A DNA stretch of 64,000 bases from Paraspadella gotoi (Eukaryota > Animalia > Chaetognatha): NCBI GenBank assembly GCA_051294375.1, contig CM119269.1, positions 13,052,790 to 13,116,789 of the forward strand, read 5' to 3'. Below are positions 1-12,000 of this stretch, one piece after another. Both the position numbers and the translations under genes were made by a program. How positions within the stretch are numbered: the stretch's first letter is position 1; each line of letters opens with the position of its first letter. The notes beneath the pieces were generated by a model. The model searched no databases. It worked only from the letters and a program-made list of their open reading frames with translations, and was not told the DNA's origin.

Positions 1-75
1 AATAAATTGTTACTATAGTCGGATAAATCAACGTTTACATATGCGAGCTCATTCGGTAAAAAACTTTTTTAATAG

Positions 76-820
76 GTTTTGTGACCGGTCTACAAATAAA
101 AGTGACCTCACCACTGACGCACAACATATCTGGAACCGCCAAAGCTTGCTTCCAGACTGTTATAGCTGTTATTTGGTTCCAAGATGTCAAAACTTATCTC
201 TGGTGGTTATCAAATTTTATCGTTCTCTTCTCTTCTGCTGGGTACTCTCAGGTAAGGTCTCCTAAGATTTTTTTTTGTAGTTACTATTTAGTAGTCTATT
301 ATTTATTGTCTTTTGTAAGTTTTTTTCCTTATTATCTCGCCAGACGGTCTAAGGCCAGTCTTGGGTGGGATCTTGGTTCGCTTCTGCTTCTTTGTGCCGT
401 CGTAAATGAGATTGAGAAATTCAATCTCATTAAAGATCATATTAAATAATAATCTCTTTCACAATTATTATTGCGTCAATAATAAATTATTATCGCATCA
501 ATAATCAATTACTATTGCATCAATAATAAATTATTATTGCATCAATAATTCGTTTTCGCATCAATAAATCTTTTTTTTTTCGGATTTTTTCATTAATTTT
601 CTTTGATAGCGAGATCAATCTACTTTTAAGATTTTTATTTCCTAGTATTCACTGAGTGTTGTTATCCTCCTATCAGGTGCGTCGTTTGGAAATGAAGAAA
701 CAACAAAACTTGAAAGAAATGCCTTTGATCTCAACCGCCGTCAATAACGATCGTGATATTAGAAACGAGGAGATCTCAGCGAAGACTCCTGATATCCCTC
801 GCCATAATGATGCGGAGTAA
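76..820 (+). CDS. SLC35C1: GDP-fucose transporter paralog A, last two exons only (5' part lies outside the window)
   Basis: Exon 76-251 encodes [32 protein letters not shown]...YSQ, the SLC35C1 signature. Exon 677-820 encodes VRRLEMKK...DAE*. Canonical AG/GT sites; same intron positions as paralog B. Confidence 0.88.
464..550. repeat. Intronic ~22-bp minisatellite (attattattgcatcaataataa), about 4 copies
   Basis: Imperfect tandem copies visible in the last intron of SLC35C1 paralog A. Confidence 0.7.
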
Positions 821-3344
821 GGCGTAGTAAAATTTCTAAATTTAACTTTTAATTAAAATTCTAAAAGTGAGGAAGAACACATTATACTAATGAACATTTA
901 TGTAATAAAAAAATTTATAATAAAAGTTACAATTTACGCAGTACGCCCTATTTATACTAGTACTAAACCAATAAATTTTAAAATGTCAAAACAGTTTTTT
1001 CTAAGATTTTTATGCAGATTTGGATTCGTCATTTTTTATAACTTTCATGCCACCAGCATTTCTAATTTCCTTTTTCCCCCTTTCAAATGTATTAAATAAA
1101 AAAAATTATTTGAAAGAACGATTGGCATGGACGATGCCATTGGTACGCCTAAGTTACCCCTATTCCAGATCAAATTTTTAAACAAGGTTTTTTTTCCATC
1201 TATTTGAGAGATAACACCAACTATTGGTACTATTAACTTTGATTTCTCAAATTCTATTTTGCGTAATCAGAGAAACGTTTATCATACTCTAAAAACTTAG
1301 TAAAAAAGAGTAAAATGTTCTGCCAAATTTAAAAATCGATTGAGGAATCTACTATAATATTTATTTTATTCCCTGGACATGACATTACCACAAAATATGA
1401 CAATTCTTGACCTAGTTACCAAGTATTGAAACAAAACTATCATAGTCGCATTTTTTATTAACGATTAAAAAGTAGTGTTTTTTTCAATTTTTGAGCACTT
1501 TGGAAAGAATTATCTCAGCATTGGGACAATAAATTTGGTAAAAAAATTATATATTTGGAATCCTTGAGTTGCCCTCTTTTCAATGATGCCCACTTTGAAA
1601 AAGTTAGCAGAATGCTTATTAAAATCCTAATTTTTAGTAATATTTAAAATATATTTAAAATATTTGAAATTTATTAAAAATTAGATTTGATGGTATATTT
1701 TTAAAGGTCTGATTATATATTATCTGTGTACCAAAAATTTTAAAAAATGGATTACTTTTATGTGAAAAAATGTAAAAAAATATAAAATGCAACAATATGC
1801 AAATGAGTTTTTAAAAATGTTGAGAAAAATTTTTTGCTTTAGGCTTATTTTAAATATGTTTTAACTGATTTATAGGCAAAGAATAACATTATTTGCAATA
1901 ATATTTTTAGCAGGATTGACAATTGAATTTTGTAAAAAAAATTTTGACCTGTGTCAAAAGTTTTTCAAAATGATTGAAATTTATATGTATTGTAGGACTA
2001 CCCAAGGCCCACCTATTACTAAAATTTAAAACCATAATATTCACAAATAAGGAAGTTATGCATCATTGAAAAAATGACCCATCTAAAATATTAGCACTGA
2101 TAAATATGGAAAAAAACTTTTGCTAGTAACAATATTTCTACAGAAGTTTACAAACCCTCTTGAGTACAATTTAGCAAAATTTTAAGAAAAAAATTTTAAA
2201 TATATTGGAGCTATGCAAGTTTTTTAAAAAAAATTTTGACCCAATTTTTAAGTGGTTTAAGATTATTTTTTTTTAAAATTGCTTAAATGGGCAATAGCCA
2301 GACATCCAGGCAACCTCCTATAAAATCCTAAAGCCATTTATCCTATAAATGGAAAAGTTATCCCATGTACAGACTTACGACATTCTAGGTTTCCGGTACT
2401 GTATATTTTAAGCTGAAAATTAACTTTTATATATTAAATATAGTTTTTTTAATTTTTAACCCACTTAATGAAATAATTTTAAAAAATGATTTATATTTTC
2501 TTTATTAACTTTTGACGAGGAATTAAAATCTGTAATCAAAATTAAGAAAAGCCTATTTTGAAATTTTTCGATTTTATAAGTATAGTACTATATATAAATA
2601 TAGCCTACTGCGAAAATTAAAAAACATAAAATTAATTTTTTTACAAATTAATGTTCACTGATGGTTTCGTTGTTCATAATTGACTTATAGAATTTTCGTA
2701 TGTAACTTTCACTACGCGGAGCCTAACCGATTAAATCTCGTCAATTCTCGCTCCAATCTGCTGTGAAGACTGTCCGAGAGGAAGTGTCTCCAGCTTCATC
2801 TTTCGTCTTTCCTTTCATGACCATTCCTATTTTAATACTAGTCTGCATTCATTGGCCGGAGTGGTGTTAGGGATAAGTTATCAATGTTTTAAATATTTGC
2901 TTACAATATTCGCAATTCTTCTTCACCATTTTCCGCCGCCTCCATTTTTTGAATTTTTATTCAAACTCTAGAACGTTTTTAAACGATCCATGGAATCTCA
3001 AGGCTCAATCAAGTCTTTTTCTTAAATCCCTTAGTTTGGAGCGGACCTTTCTACAATTCTTGTAATGACCCCATACTTTCACTAGATTCACTACCATACT
3101 GCAAATGGCCATGAATTTAGTTTTTAGATACATTTTGTTAAAATGTTACGTTTTCATCGCGTATTGTTTTTGTTAATTTACTTTTTCTAGGTATATTATA
3201 TACCTGAACTATAATATAAGAAAGTTAATGGAGGGTTAAAAAACTTTAAGCCAATTATTTAATCCTGTTTCCTGTGAGGATTCAAAGTCAACCCTAATCT
3301 TTAGAGGTTAACTGAAAAACTGATTTATAATCAGCGAAGAGATA

Positions 3345-4844
3345 ATGTATCGTCCTGATTATGCGACCACGCCGCCTCGGCGGTCCGAGTTGTGGCGCAA
3401 ATCGATGATCATCCTTTTGGTAGTGACTGCTTATTGGGTCATCTCCATGTCGATGGTCTTCATCAATAAGTATTTACTCAGCTCGGAGGATCTCAAACTC
3501 GATGCACCCCTCTTTGTCACCTGGTGTCAGTGCATATGTACAATGGGATTGTGTTATGGATTTGGGAAGGTTGGACTCGTCTTCCCGGATAAAAACTATT
3601 TTGAAGTTCCTTATATTACCATCGATAGGAAGGTCGCCTTTCAGGTATGCAAGTGGAAAGAGTCGAGCAAATCTTGACTTTTTTTAAAATATTGTTTTTT
3701 GCTTTTTAGGTTCTTCCGCTCTCCATAATCTTCACTTGTATGATCACTTGTAACAATCTTTGCCTTAAATATGTCACCGTTGCCTTTTATAACGTTGGGC
3801 GATCACTTACGACCGTTTTCAACCTTATATTTACATATTTTATCCTTCATGAGCGAACTTCGATCAAGGCAGTAATGTGTTGCGCCTTACTCATTGGTGG
3901 ATTTGTTCTTGGTATGATTGAAAATTACAGCAAGACATATCACTGTGGTCCTCTATATTCCCTTTTTTTCCCTAGGCATCGACCAAGAAAAATTGGGCGG
4001 ATCCCTATCTTGGCTTGGCGTAATATTCGGCACATGCGCCTCTTCCTTTGTAGCGCTCAACGCAATTTTTACCAAGCGAACGCTACCCTTTGTGGAAAAT
4101 AACATCTGGCGCCTTCAATTCTACAACAACCTTAACGCGTCCATACTCTTCCTTCCGCTCATGCTCGTATTTGGCGAGTTTCCTGTCATCGCGTCCTTTG
4201 AAAAACTCTTCACCGTTCAATTCTTCCTGCTCACGGCGCTGGCTGGGACATTTGGATTTTTGATAGGTTCGATTTGAATGTGAAGAGGCTGTAATTTTTA
4301 TTTTTATAAAATCAGTAAGTTTCTACGAGATGTATATTACGAATATTTAACTTTGTCTGTTGTTTGTTTTACGAACCTACAAACTTTTCTCCAGGTTTTA
4401 TAACCGGACTTCAAATTAAGGTGACTTCACCTCTGACGCACAACATTTCAGGGACAGCTAAGGCTTGTTTCCAAACATTGATTGCCGTTATTTGGTATAA
4501 CGATGCAAAGACATTTCTTTGGTGGCTGTCAAATGTTGTCGTGCTCCTCTCATCTGCTGCTTATACTCAGGTTAACTATTTGAACCCAGTCACTTGGGCG
4601 GTGAAACTTAACTGGGATTTATGTATATTTATCTACTCAGGTGCGACATTCGGAAATGCAAAAAAACCATAACTCAGCGGTAAAGGAAATGCCTTTGATC
4701 TCTATCGCTGATGACCAGCAAGACATTGACAATGAAGAGCTATCAACCGAGATGGCAGATTTTAAGCTCCCGATGCCCGGGGAGAACTATGAAGTGACGC
4801 GAGCCGTCGGACAGAATCAAAAATCGGGTATTGACCACCTGTAA
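3345..4844 (+). CDS. SLC35C1: GDP-fucose transporter paralog B, complete, 5 coding exons
   Basis: Exons 3345-3644, 3710-3911, 3976-4266, 4395-4570 and 4641-4844 join in frame. Motifs: [72 protein letters not shown]. Confidence 0.93.
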
Positions 4845-5589
4845 TGGACCCGGTTATCTCATCATTCTGCTAACTATGTAAATTGAATTTTGAATTAGGG
4901 AAAATGTGGTAGCCAGTGGTAGCCAGTACAATATTATGCCTTTTATCTAACGCTCAGTCGAACGCTTTGACGAACTCGAAATTTTGAGCATTCCTCTGAA
5001 TCTCGACCTGTCGTTCCAATTTTAAAACTGTTCGTAGTTGTTAAATCACCAGTATGGATTCTTGACGCACCAGACTTATCTTGCACCTTGTCAAATCTTT
5101 CACTGTGATCAAATTGGGGGTTAAACCAAATATATTAAGACAATCCCCGATGGATTTCATTTACAGTTTTAATCAGTAGAAAACGAATAAAAATCTGCAA
5201 AATATTTTACTAATTATTTTCGCTTTAGTCTTTTAGTTTCGTTAAGGCCAGGGATCACTTAGTTTAAACTTTTTAAACTTTACACTAAATATATAAGGTG
5301 TATATTAGTAAGTTTCTTTTAATTTATATTATAATAGAAAATTCGAATAAATGGAAACGGATTTGAAGAGAATAAAAAGTGAATATACTTTCGGAATCGT
5401 TAGGTCTACTTTTAAATACTGTAATGTAATTCCGAGCACTATTTTAGTAGCGGTAGCCGACCAAATTCAAATTTTAATGGGAACAGCATTAAACTAATCC
5501 ATTATTGGTATTAATTATTGTGTTAAAATATTTTTTTGCAAAAATGTTCCGAACCATGAGTAATTCGCTAATTAATATTATTATATTGC

Positions 5590-5900
5590 TATATAATGTC
5601 AAAAATTTTTTGGGGATATTTTAAGTTTTTTTAATTTATTCTGATAGAGCTTGAAAAGTTAAGCAAAAAATATAATTACAACTTTTTAAAATTTTGATGT
5701 TTTATTATTAAAAATTAATAAAAACTGCTAAAATCATCGGATGATGATGATGATTTTTTAAGGTTTTTCTTAATTTAAACCCACTTATCATCAAAATATT
5801 GAAAAAAGAATTATACTTTGTGTAGATAACTTTTTATAAGCTATTTGAATCTGCTTTTAAAAATAAAAAATTCCCAAAAAAATTTTGACATTTCCTATCT
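5590..5900. mobile_element. Degenerate palindromic DNA-transposon/MITE remnant; related copy at ~53010-53290
   Basis: Shared blocks (attctgatagagc..aagtta; tgatgatgatgat..ttttttaaggtttt; aaccca.ttatcat.aaaat) at both loci. Inverted ends atgtcaaaaattttttggg ... cccaaaaaaattttgacat. Confidence 0.55.
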
Positions 5901-6204
5901 ATAAATAAATATTAAAAAATTAATTACTAATGCTTCTTGCCATTTTAGAAAATTTTGCTCCATTGAAAGTTTTCTCAGAAATGTATGAAGTTTCATTTGG
6001 AAAGGTTCCCAAATCAAACTTCTGACCCACCCCATTGACGAAGTTTGGCTCTAATTTTAGTGTATTTTAAAGTTTAAATAGTGATTGCTGGCCATAATCA
6101 TTAAAATGTCAAGTTTTCTGTTTAGTATGAAAAAGTGAAATCTGCACTTTTTATTTATTTTCAAATAGTTTTTAAAATTTCCATATGATCTTTTATTTGA
6201 TGCA

Positions 6205-7249
6205 CAGTAGACCTTTCCATATATGAAAAGTTTTGAAATCAAAAAACGAGTATTGTGTAAAAGGTGCCCATACATCATATGAATTTTTTGAACATTTTTT
6301 TTTCAAAAAAAAATTTACAGTAAATGCTGCCAACTTTGAAAAAAATGAAAAAAAATGGTAAAAAATGGACTTTTTGCTAAATATCTTTAAAAGCTTTATT
6401 GCTAGAGGGATGAAACCCAAACTATCTTGTAGAGCGGAAAAAATTGACTGTTACATACCTTGCATTATAAATTAAGTGAGTTTTTTACTAAGTAAAATTT
6501 TTTTATTTTTAATCGCTTTTGTCAATTTTTCTTTTTATTTTATATAAAGAAAAAATTTAAAAAATTACCTTCTTTAAAAGTCATAATTCCTTAATAAAAT
6601 GATAAAAAATTAAAAAAACTTTAATGACCTGGTGAGACAAGATATTAAAGTCACCCATTGTCAAATCAGAATTTACTATTTTTTTATTTACTCTGGGAAA
6701 AGTGCATTCCCTTTTTCCCTTTAGCCTAGTTCAAAACTATTAAATAAAAATAATTATTAAGGAAAGTGATTTTTTTTAATTTAAAAAAATTATAACTTTT
6801 TAACCGATAATCATTTTTTAAAAATTCTTTCAGCAAAACAAAGGCAATTATCTCTTTATTCAATTCGCCGTAATTTTTTTTTTTTAGATTTCACGAGCAT
6901 TGTTAAAAATATTTTTTTTTAAATTTATCAAAAATTTCCCAAAACAATAGGTTTTAAAAAAATTTTTTTCTTAGTAAAAAACTTAATTTATAACGCAAGG
7001 TATGTAACAGTCAATTTTTTCCGCTTTACAAGATACTTTGGGTTTCGTCCCTCTAGCAATAAAGCTTTTAAAGATATTTAGCAAAAAATTCATTTTTACC
7101 ATTTTTTTTCATTTTTTTCAAAGTTGGCAGCATTTACTGTAAATTTTTTTTTAAAAAAATGTTCAAAAAATTCATATGATGTATGGGCACATTTTACACA
7201 ATACTCGTTTTTTGATTTCAGAACTTTTCATATATGGAAAGGTCTAATG
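6205..7249. mobile_element. Tc1/mariner-pogo-type non-autonomous element (MITE) with ~290-bp terminal inverted repeats
   Basis: 6205-~6497 (CAGTAGACCTTTCCATATATGAAAAG...) is the near-perfect reverse complement of ~6965-7249 (...CTTTTCATATATGGAAAGGTCTAATG). Flanks are CA and TA, read as a TA TSD with one mutated copy. No transposase ORF. Confidence 0.85.
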
Positions 7250-7689
7250 TACAGTACTGTACACTGACGTCCGTAAATAAAAAAAATATATTTTCTGTAA
7301 ACTGCACCCGGATCTAGTCAATAGCCGTCTTCCTTCCTTAAATAGTATTGTGTGCCCCCTCCCTCCAATTGTAATTGAATTATTATCTTTTATACTGTTT
7401 TTTTTTTTAATTATTGTTTTAATGGTGATATTCTTGTTTTTCGAATACACGTTGATCTGTCTAATAACGATGCTATCAGTTTTATTTTAAATGCAGCTCT
7501 GCGAAAGAGAAAACAACGTTGAATTTAACTGGCAGCTTTTTGAAAAAAAATAAAGTAGGGCGAGATTGATAAAAAAAATTTTTGGATCATCCTATGTTTA
7601 TTTGTTATATTTTGTAGTTAAGCATTTGGACTATGACTTTTATATAAACTCAACTTATATGCCGAGACTCGCTCATATCTAAAAAGAAA

Positions 7690-8832
7690 ATGAAGTTCGT
7701 TTCGAATCAGAATCCACAGCAGGTGGCACAACAACAACAATCCCATTTTCACGCTTCACATCAACAGCATAACCAAATGGGGACGATGAACGGTCCATCC
7801 ACTTTCGTCAACAACGTCAATCATCTTTCACAAAGTGAACTTTTTGTTTTTTTGTTAGTTTTGTTTTTCATTTTGTTTTTTTCGATTACCGTTGCGACGA
7901 ATTATACGAACTGTAAAATTTACAGACGCCACTAACTCGTTCTCTTCTCCGATGGTGGCGCCTCCGACTGCGACCGTCGAGTCTGTAAGCAACGAAACGG
8001 AAGCGGCACCGTCTTCCGGCGCCCTCGACGCCGCCGCTAAATCCGTCATCGATCCCAACAAGCTCCTTCTCTCCCGAAACCGTTTACAGGATCTCGTCAA
8101 GGAAGTCGATCCCTCCGAGGTTTTGGACGAAGACGTCGAAGAAGTTCTCCTTCAGGTCTACAGAGTTTATTCACTTCCAGTTCCAGCTTCCTTATCAATG
8201 AAATTGTTTAATATTTCAAAGAATGTTTCAATTGTAGCCTATAAAAGGACCACACCCTAAAGTGTGAGATGGAAGAATACTACGTATATTGTTTTCCGCG
8301 GTAGCATCAAAATACAAGCTGTCTGTTTTGAAATTAATGTTGATGAGCGGTATGTATTGTAGGGGGCTCACCTCGGCTTAGCTTGATACGGTTTGGGAAA
8401 GTTCGGAGGTTAGTGGAATTGTAAACAAGTTTGAGCAAACAATGTCGGATCTGCCTACGATTAATTAATTAATTAATCGATTAATTAATTAATTAATTTT
8501 AATGTAATAATTAATTTTAAATTTATATTCAACTTATCATCATCGATGTCCTTAAAATTGGGTTAGGACTTCAGTGCAACAACCCAATGAACTAATTCAA
8601 AAAGTTACAATGAAAATTGATTTAGTAGTAAAATGAAAAAAGAAATTTTTTTGAGAGAACTAGAAGTTATAAAAAGTGTTCAATTTTGGCCCGCCTTACT
8701 AGATATATTGCATGTGATTAAACAATGTTATCGAAATAATAATTTTATCAATTTTATGTATTTTGTAAGTATTTTAAGTATTTTTATTCAGTGAGTAAAA
8801 TAACTTTTTTATTTGCTAATTTTTATCTCGGA

Positions 8833-8864
<32 letters not shown>

Positions 8865-9030
8865 TTGCAATTGCAACGATCCTTAATGACCTTATCCTTA
8901 AGGACCTTATGCTCATTTTTCTGCTCTCTTTCTCTCTCTCTCTNNNNNNNNNNNNNNNNNNNNNNNNNCTTCTTCTCTCTCTCTTTGCAATTGCGACGAT
9001 CCTTATGCTCATTCTCTTTTCTCTTCTGCT

Positions 9031-9091
<61 letters not shown>

Positions 9092-12000
9092 AATTGCGAC
9101 GATCCTTATGCTTTTAGGATTTTTTTAACTTGCATCATTTTTCTGCTTTCATCATTTTTTCAACTTGCATAATTTTTTTAAATTGCATCATTTTTTAACA
9201 TTAATTAAATAATTAATTAATTAAAACATTTATTAGTAATCATAAATTAGTAATCATAAATAATAAAGATTCAAGTAAATCTGACTTATGTTTTTTCCAT
9301 TTAAACTCATTTCCACTGGCACAATTCCGTCAAAAACTTTATATCAGCTTTTTCACACACTTTCCTACCCGCTCACAAAATTTCATCTCAATCTATTATG
9401 GGTTAAAATAAGTAAAAAGATTCAAGTAAATGTGACTCATATTTTTTTCATTTAAACTCATTTTCACTCGTACGTTTCCACCGAAACTTTATATCAAGCA
9501 TTGTTACACATTTTTATACCCACACATAAAATTTGAACTCAATCTATCCATCCAATTATGATTAATTAGAGTACTTATTGGTTAAAATAAGTAAAAATAT
9601 TTTAGTCAATGCGACTTATGTTTTTTCCACTTAACTATTTCCACTCACACGATTCCGTCGAAACTTTTATATCCAGCTTTATCACACACTTTCCTACCCA
9701 CACACAAAATTTAATTTCAATCCAACCAGCCAATCACGAGTTATTGGAGCTTTTTGCTAAGGTGGAACGGATGGATGATTGATTGACTGATTAATTAATT
9801 ATTGATTAATTAATTGACTAATTGATTAATTAACTGATTAATTATTTGAATTTATTAATACATCCTGCATATACATTTAATATAAAGGGAAAAAGAGATC
9901 ATAATCAATTAGTGAAACAGGTTTTTTGTTTTTTTTCTATTTAAACTCATTTCCACTCAAAAGATTCCATCGAAACTTGGTTTCCTGTTCAATCACACAC
10001 TTTTCTACTCACATACAAAAATTCCAGGTCAATCGATAATTAAGTGGTAATAAGCTAACTTGGTCAACTTGCATAATTTGGTCAACTGACATAATTTGGT
10101 CAACTGACATAATTTGATCAATTAAGATAATTTTGTCAGCCGCATAATTGGCAGCTAATTTGGTCAACTGGCATAATTTTCTCAAAGGCATAATTTGGTC
10201 AACTTGCAGAACTTGATCAATTTGCAGAATTTGGTCAACTGGCCTAATTTGGTCAACTGGCATAATTTTCTCAACAGGCATAATTTGGTCAACTTGCAGA
10301 ACTTGATCAATTTGCAGAATTTGGTCAACTGGCATATTTTTGTCAATTGGCATAATTTGGTCAATCAATTCAATCAATCAATCAATCTGAGAGAGATAGA
10401 GAGAGAGAAACTTTAAAAAATTCAAATAAAATGTGTCTTTTGGTTTCTAATTTGAACTCTTTTCCACTCCTACGATTCCATCAAAAAATTTATATCCAGC
10501 TTTAATCACATACTTTCCTACCCACACACAAAATTCAATTTCGATTTATCTATCCAATTTTTAATAAACATAATAATTATGAGTAAATTTAAGTAGAAAT
10601 GACTTTTGTTTTTTCCATTTTAACTCATTTCCACTCGCACGATTTCCATCGAAACTTTATATCCAGCTAAATCACACACTTTCCTACCATCATACAAAAT
10701 TTCAAGTCAATTGCCCTATCCACTCATGAGCAAATTGGCGTTCAAATAGTGAAATATATTTTTTTGTTTTTTCCATTGTAAACCAATTTCTACTCGCACG
10801 ATTCCCTCGAAACTTCATATCCATCTCAATCACACAGTTTCCTACCCACACACAAAATTTCATACCAATCCATCCATACCAATCACGAGTAATTGGAGTT
10901 TTTTGCTAAGGTGGGACGGACGGACGGACGGACATCGTTTTTTTTGCATAATTATCATTCATCAGTTTAAAATTTTTCTTATTGTTATACATTACACAAT
11001 GTAAAGATTTTGCACTGTTTTCTCTCTCTCTCTCTCTTCTCTCTCTCTTTTTCACCATTTCACTTCTTTTCACAACTTACTCTGTCTTTTTCTCACTTCA
11101 GCCTGTCCTCACCAATTGACCACTGTCCTTTCTAAACTCTGTGTTGGAAACTTTGCCCTCTCTCTCTCTCTCTCTCTGTTTATCTCTCTTTCTCTCTTCC
11201 TTTACACAAAAATATTTTCAAAGTTCACTAATGCTGATGAAGGCTTGAAAATGAAGCCGAAACATGTCTGTTTTTGAATTAAATAAAATCGTTGTCAAAA
11301 CTAAACTCAAACTGTCTCTAATCGTCCCAAACAACGAAAAGAAAGGATTTATATCACAATCATAATTAATCATAAATTCGATATTCTGACATGATATAAG
11401 TGTGTGCCCGACAATATTGAGGGGACGGACCGACAAAGTGAGTTATAGAGTCGGGATCTGCTGATAAGCAGATCCGACTAAAAATGTTCTTGTAGAATTA
11501 TGCTCGATCTGCAGCAAAAGGTAAGGACGGCCAAAGGCATCATTATTTTATTTAAAATGCTTAGAATAAGGAACTGAGAAAATAGATCATAATGTAAAAC
11601 CCCGACACTGGCTGATCAATAATTATATCACGTGATCTGTATAAGAAAAGAGAAGGGTTAATACAAAATAACAAATGATGATTAATAGTAATTAATCATA
11701 ATCATACGTAAAGTTTTATTAATTATACACAGACTACACAGACGAAATAAGTTTATTTTCCACTCCACGTTTGGCGGAAGTTTATGTCCAACAATGTAAC
11801 CAATATAAACGAATCCAGGTGGGCGGACGATTTCATCGAAAAACATCGTGACGTCCGGATGCATGATGGCCAAGCACCGCAAGTCCTCCACCTTGGAGGC
11901 CAAGGACGTTCAACTTCACCTCCAGCGAAACTGGAACATGTGGATCCCGGGATTCGGCGGTGAGGAGATTGCGCCCTTACCGGCGACCGCCCATCACCGA

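Larger units (their letters stand above)
8424..11480 (-). mobile_element. Helentron-associated non-autonomous element (HINE/DINE-1-like) in TAF12 intron 2
   Basis: Subterminal inverted repeat GTCGGATCTGC (8444-8454) / GCAGATCCGAC (11468-11478). One end forms the hairpin GTCGGGATCTGC-tgataa-GCAGATCCGAC next to GGAC-type microsatellite. The other end has a short gtttg-ag-caaac stem-loop. A/T-run flanks, no TSD. Interior carries ~7 copies of a ~160-bp unit, (CT)n tracts and an 18-bp array. Confidence 0.7.

Noticed and set aside
1340-2403. AT-rich transposon-like stretch ending in ggtactgta
   Set aside because: I could not find a matching left terminus or any coding remnant, so boundaries are unsupported.
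10009-10416. ORFs of VDQIMP / LVNWHN hexapeptide repeats (also 15704-16096) resembling a beta-helix protein
   Set aside because: By-product of an 18-bp minisatellite inside an intronic transposon. Open in several frames on both strands, with no gene structure.
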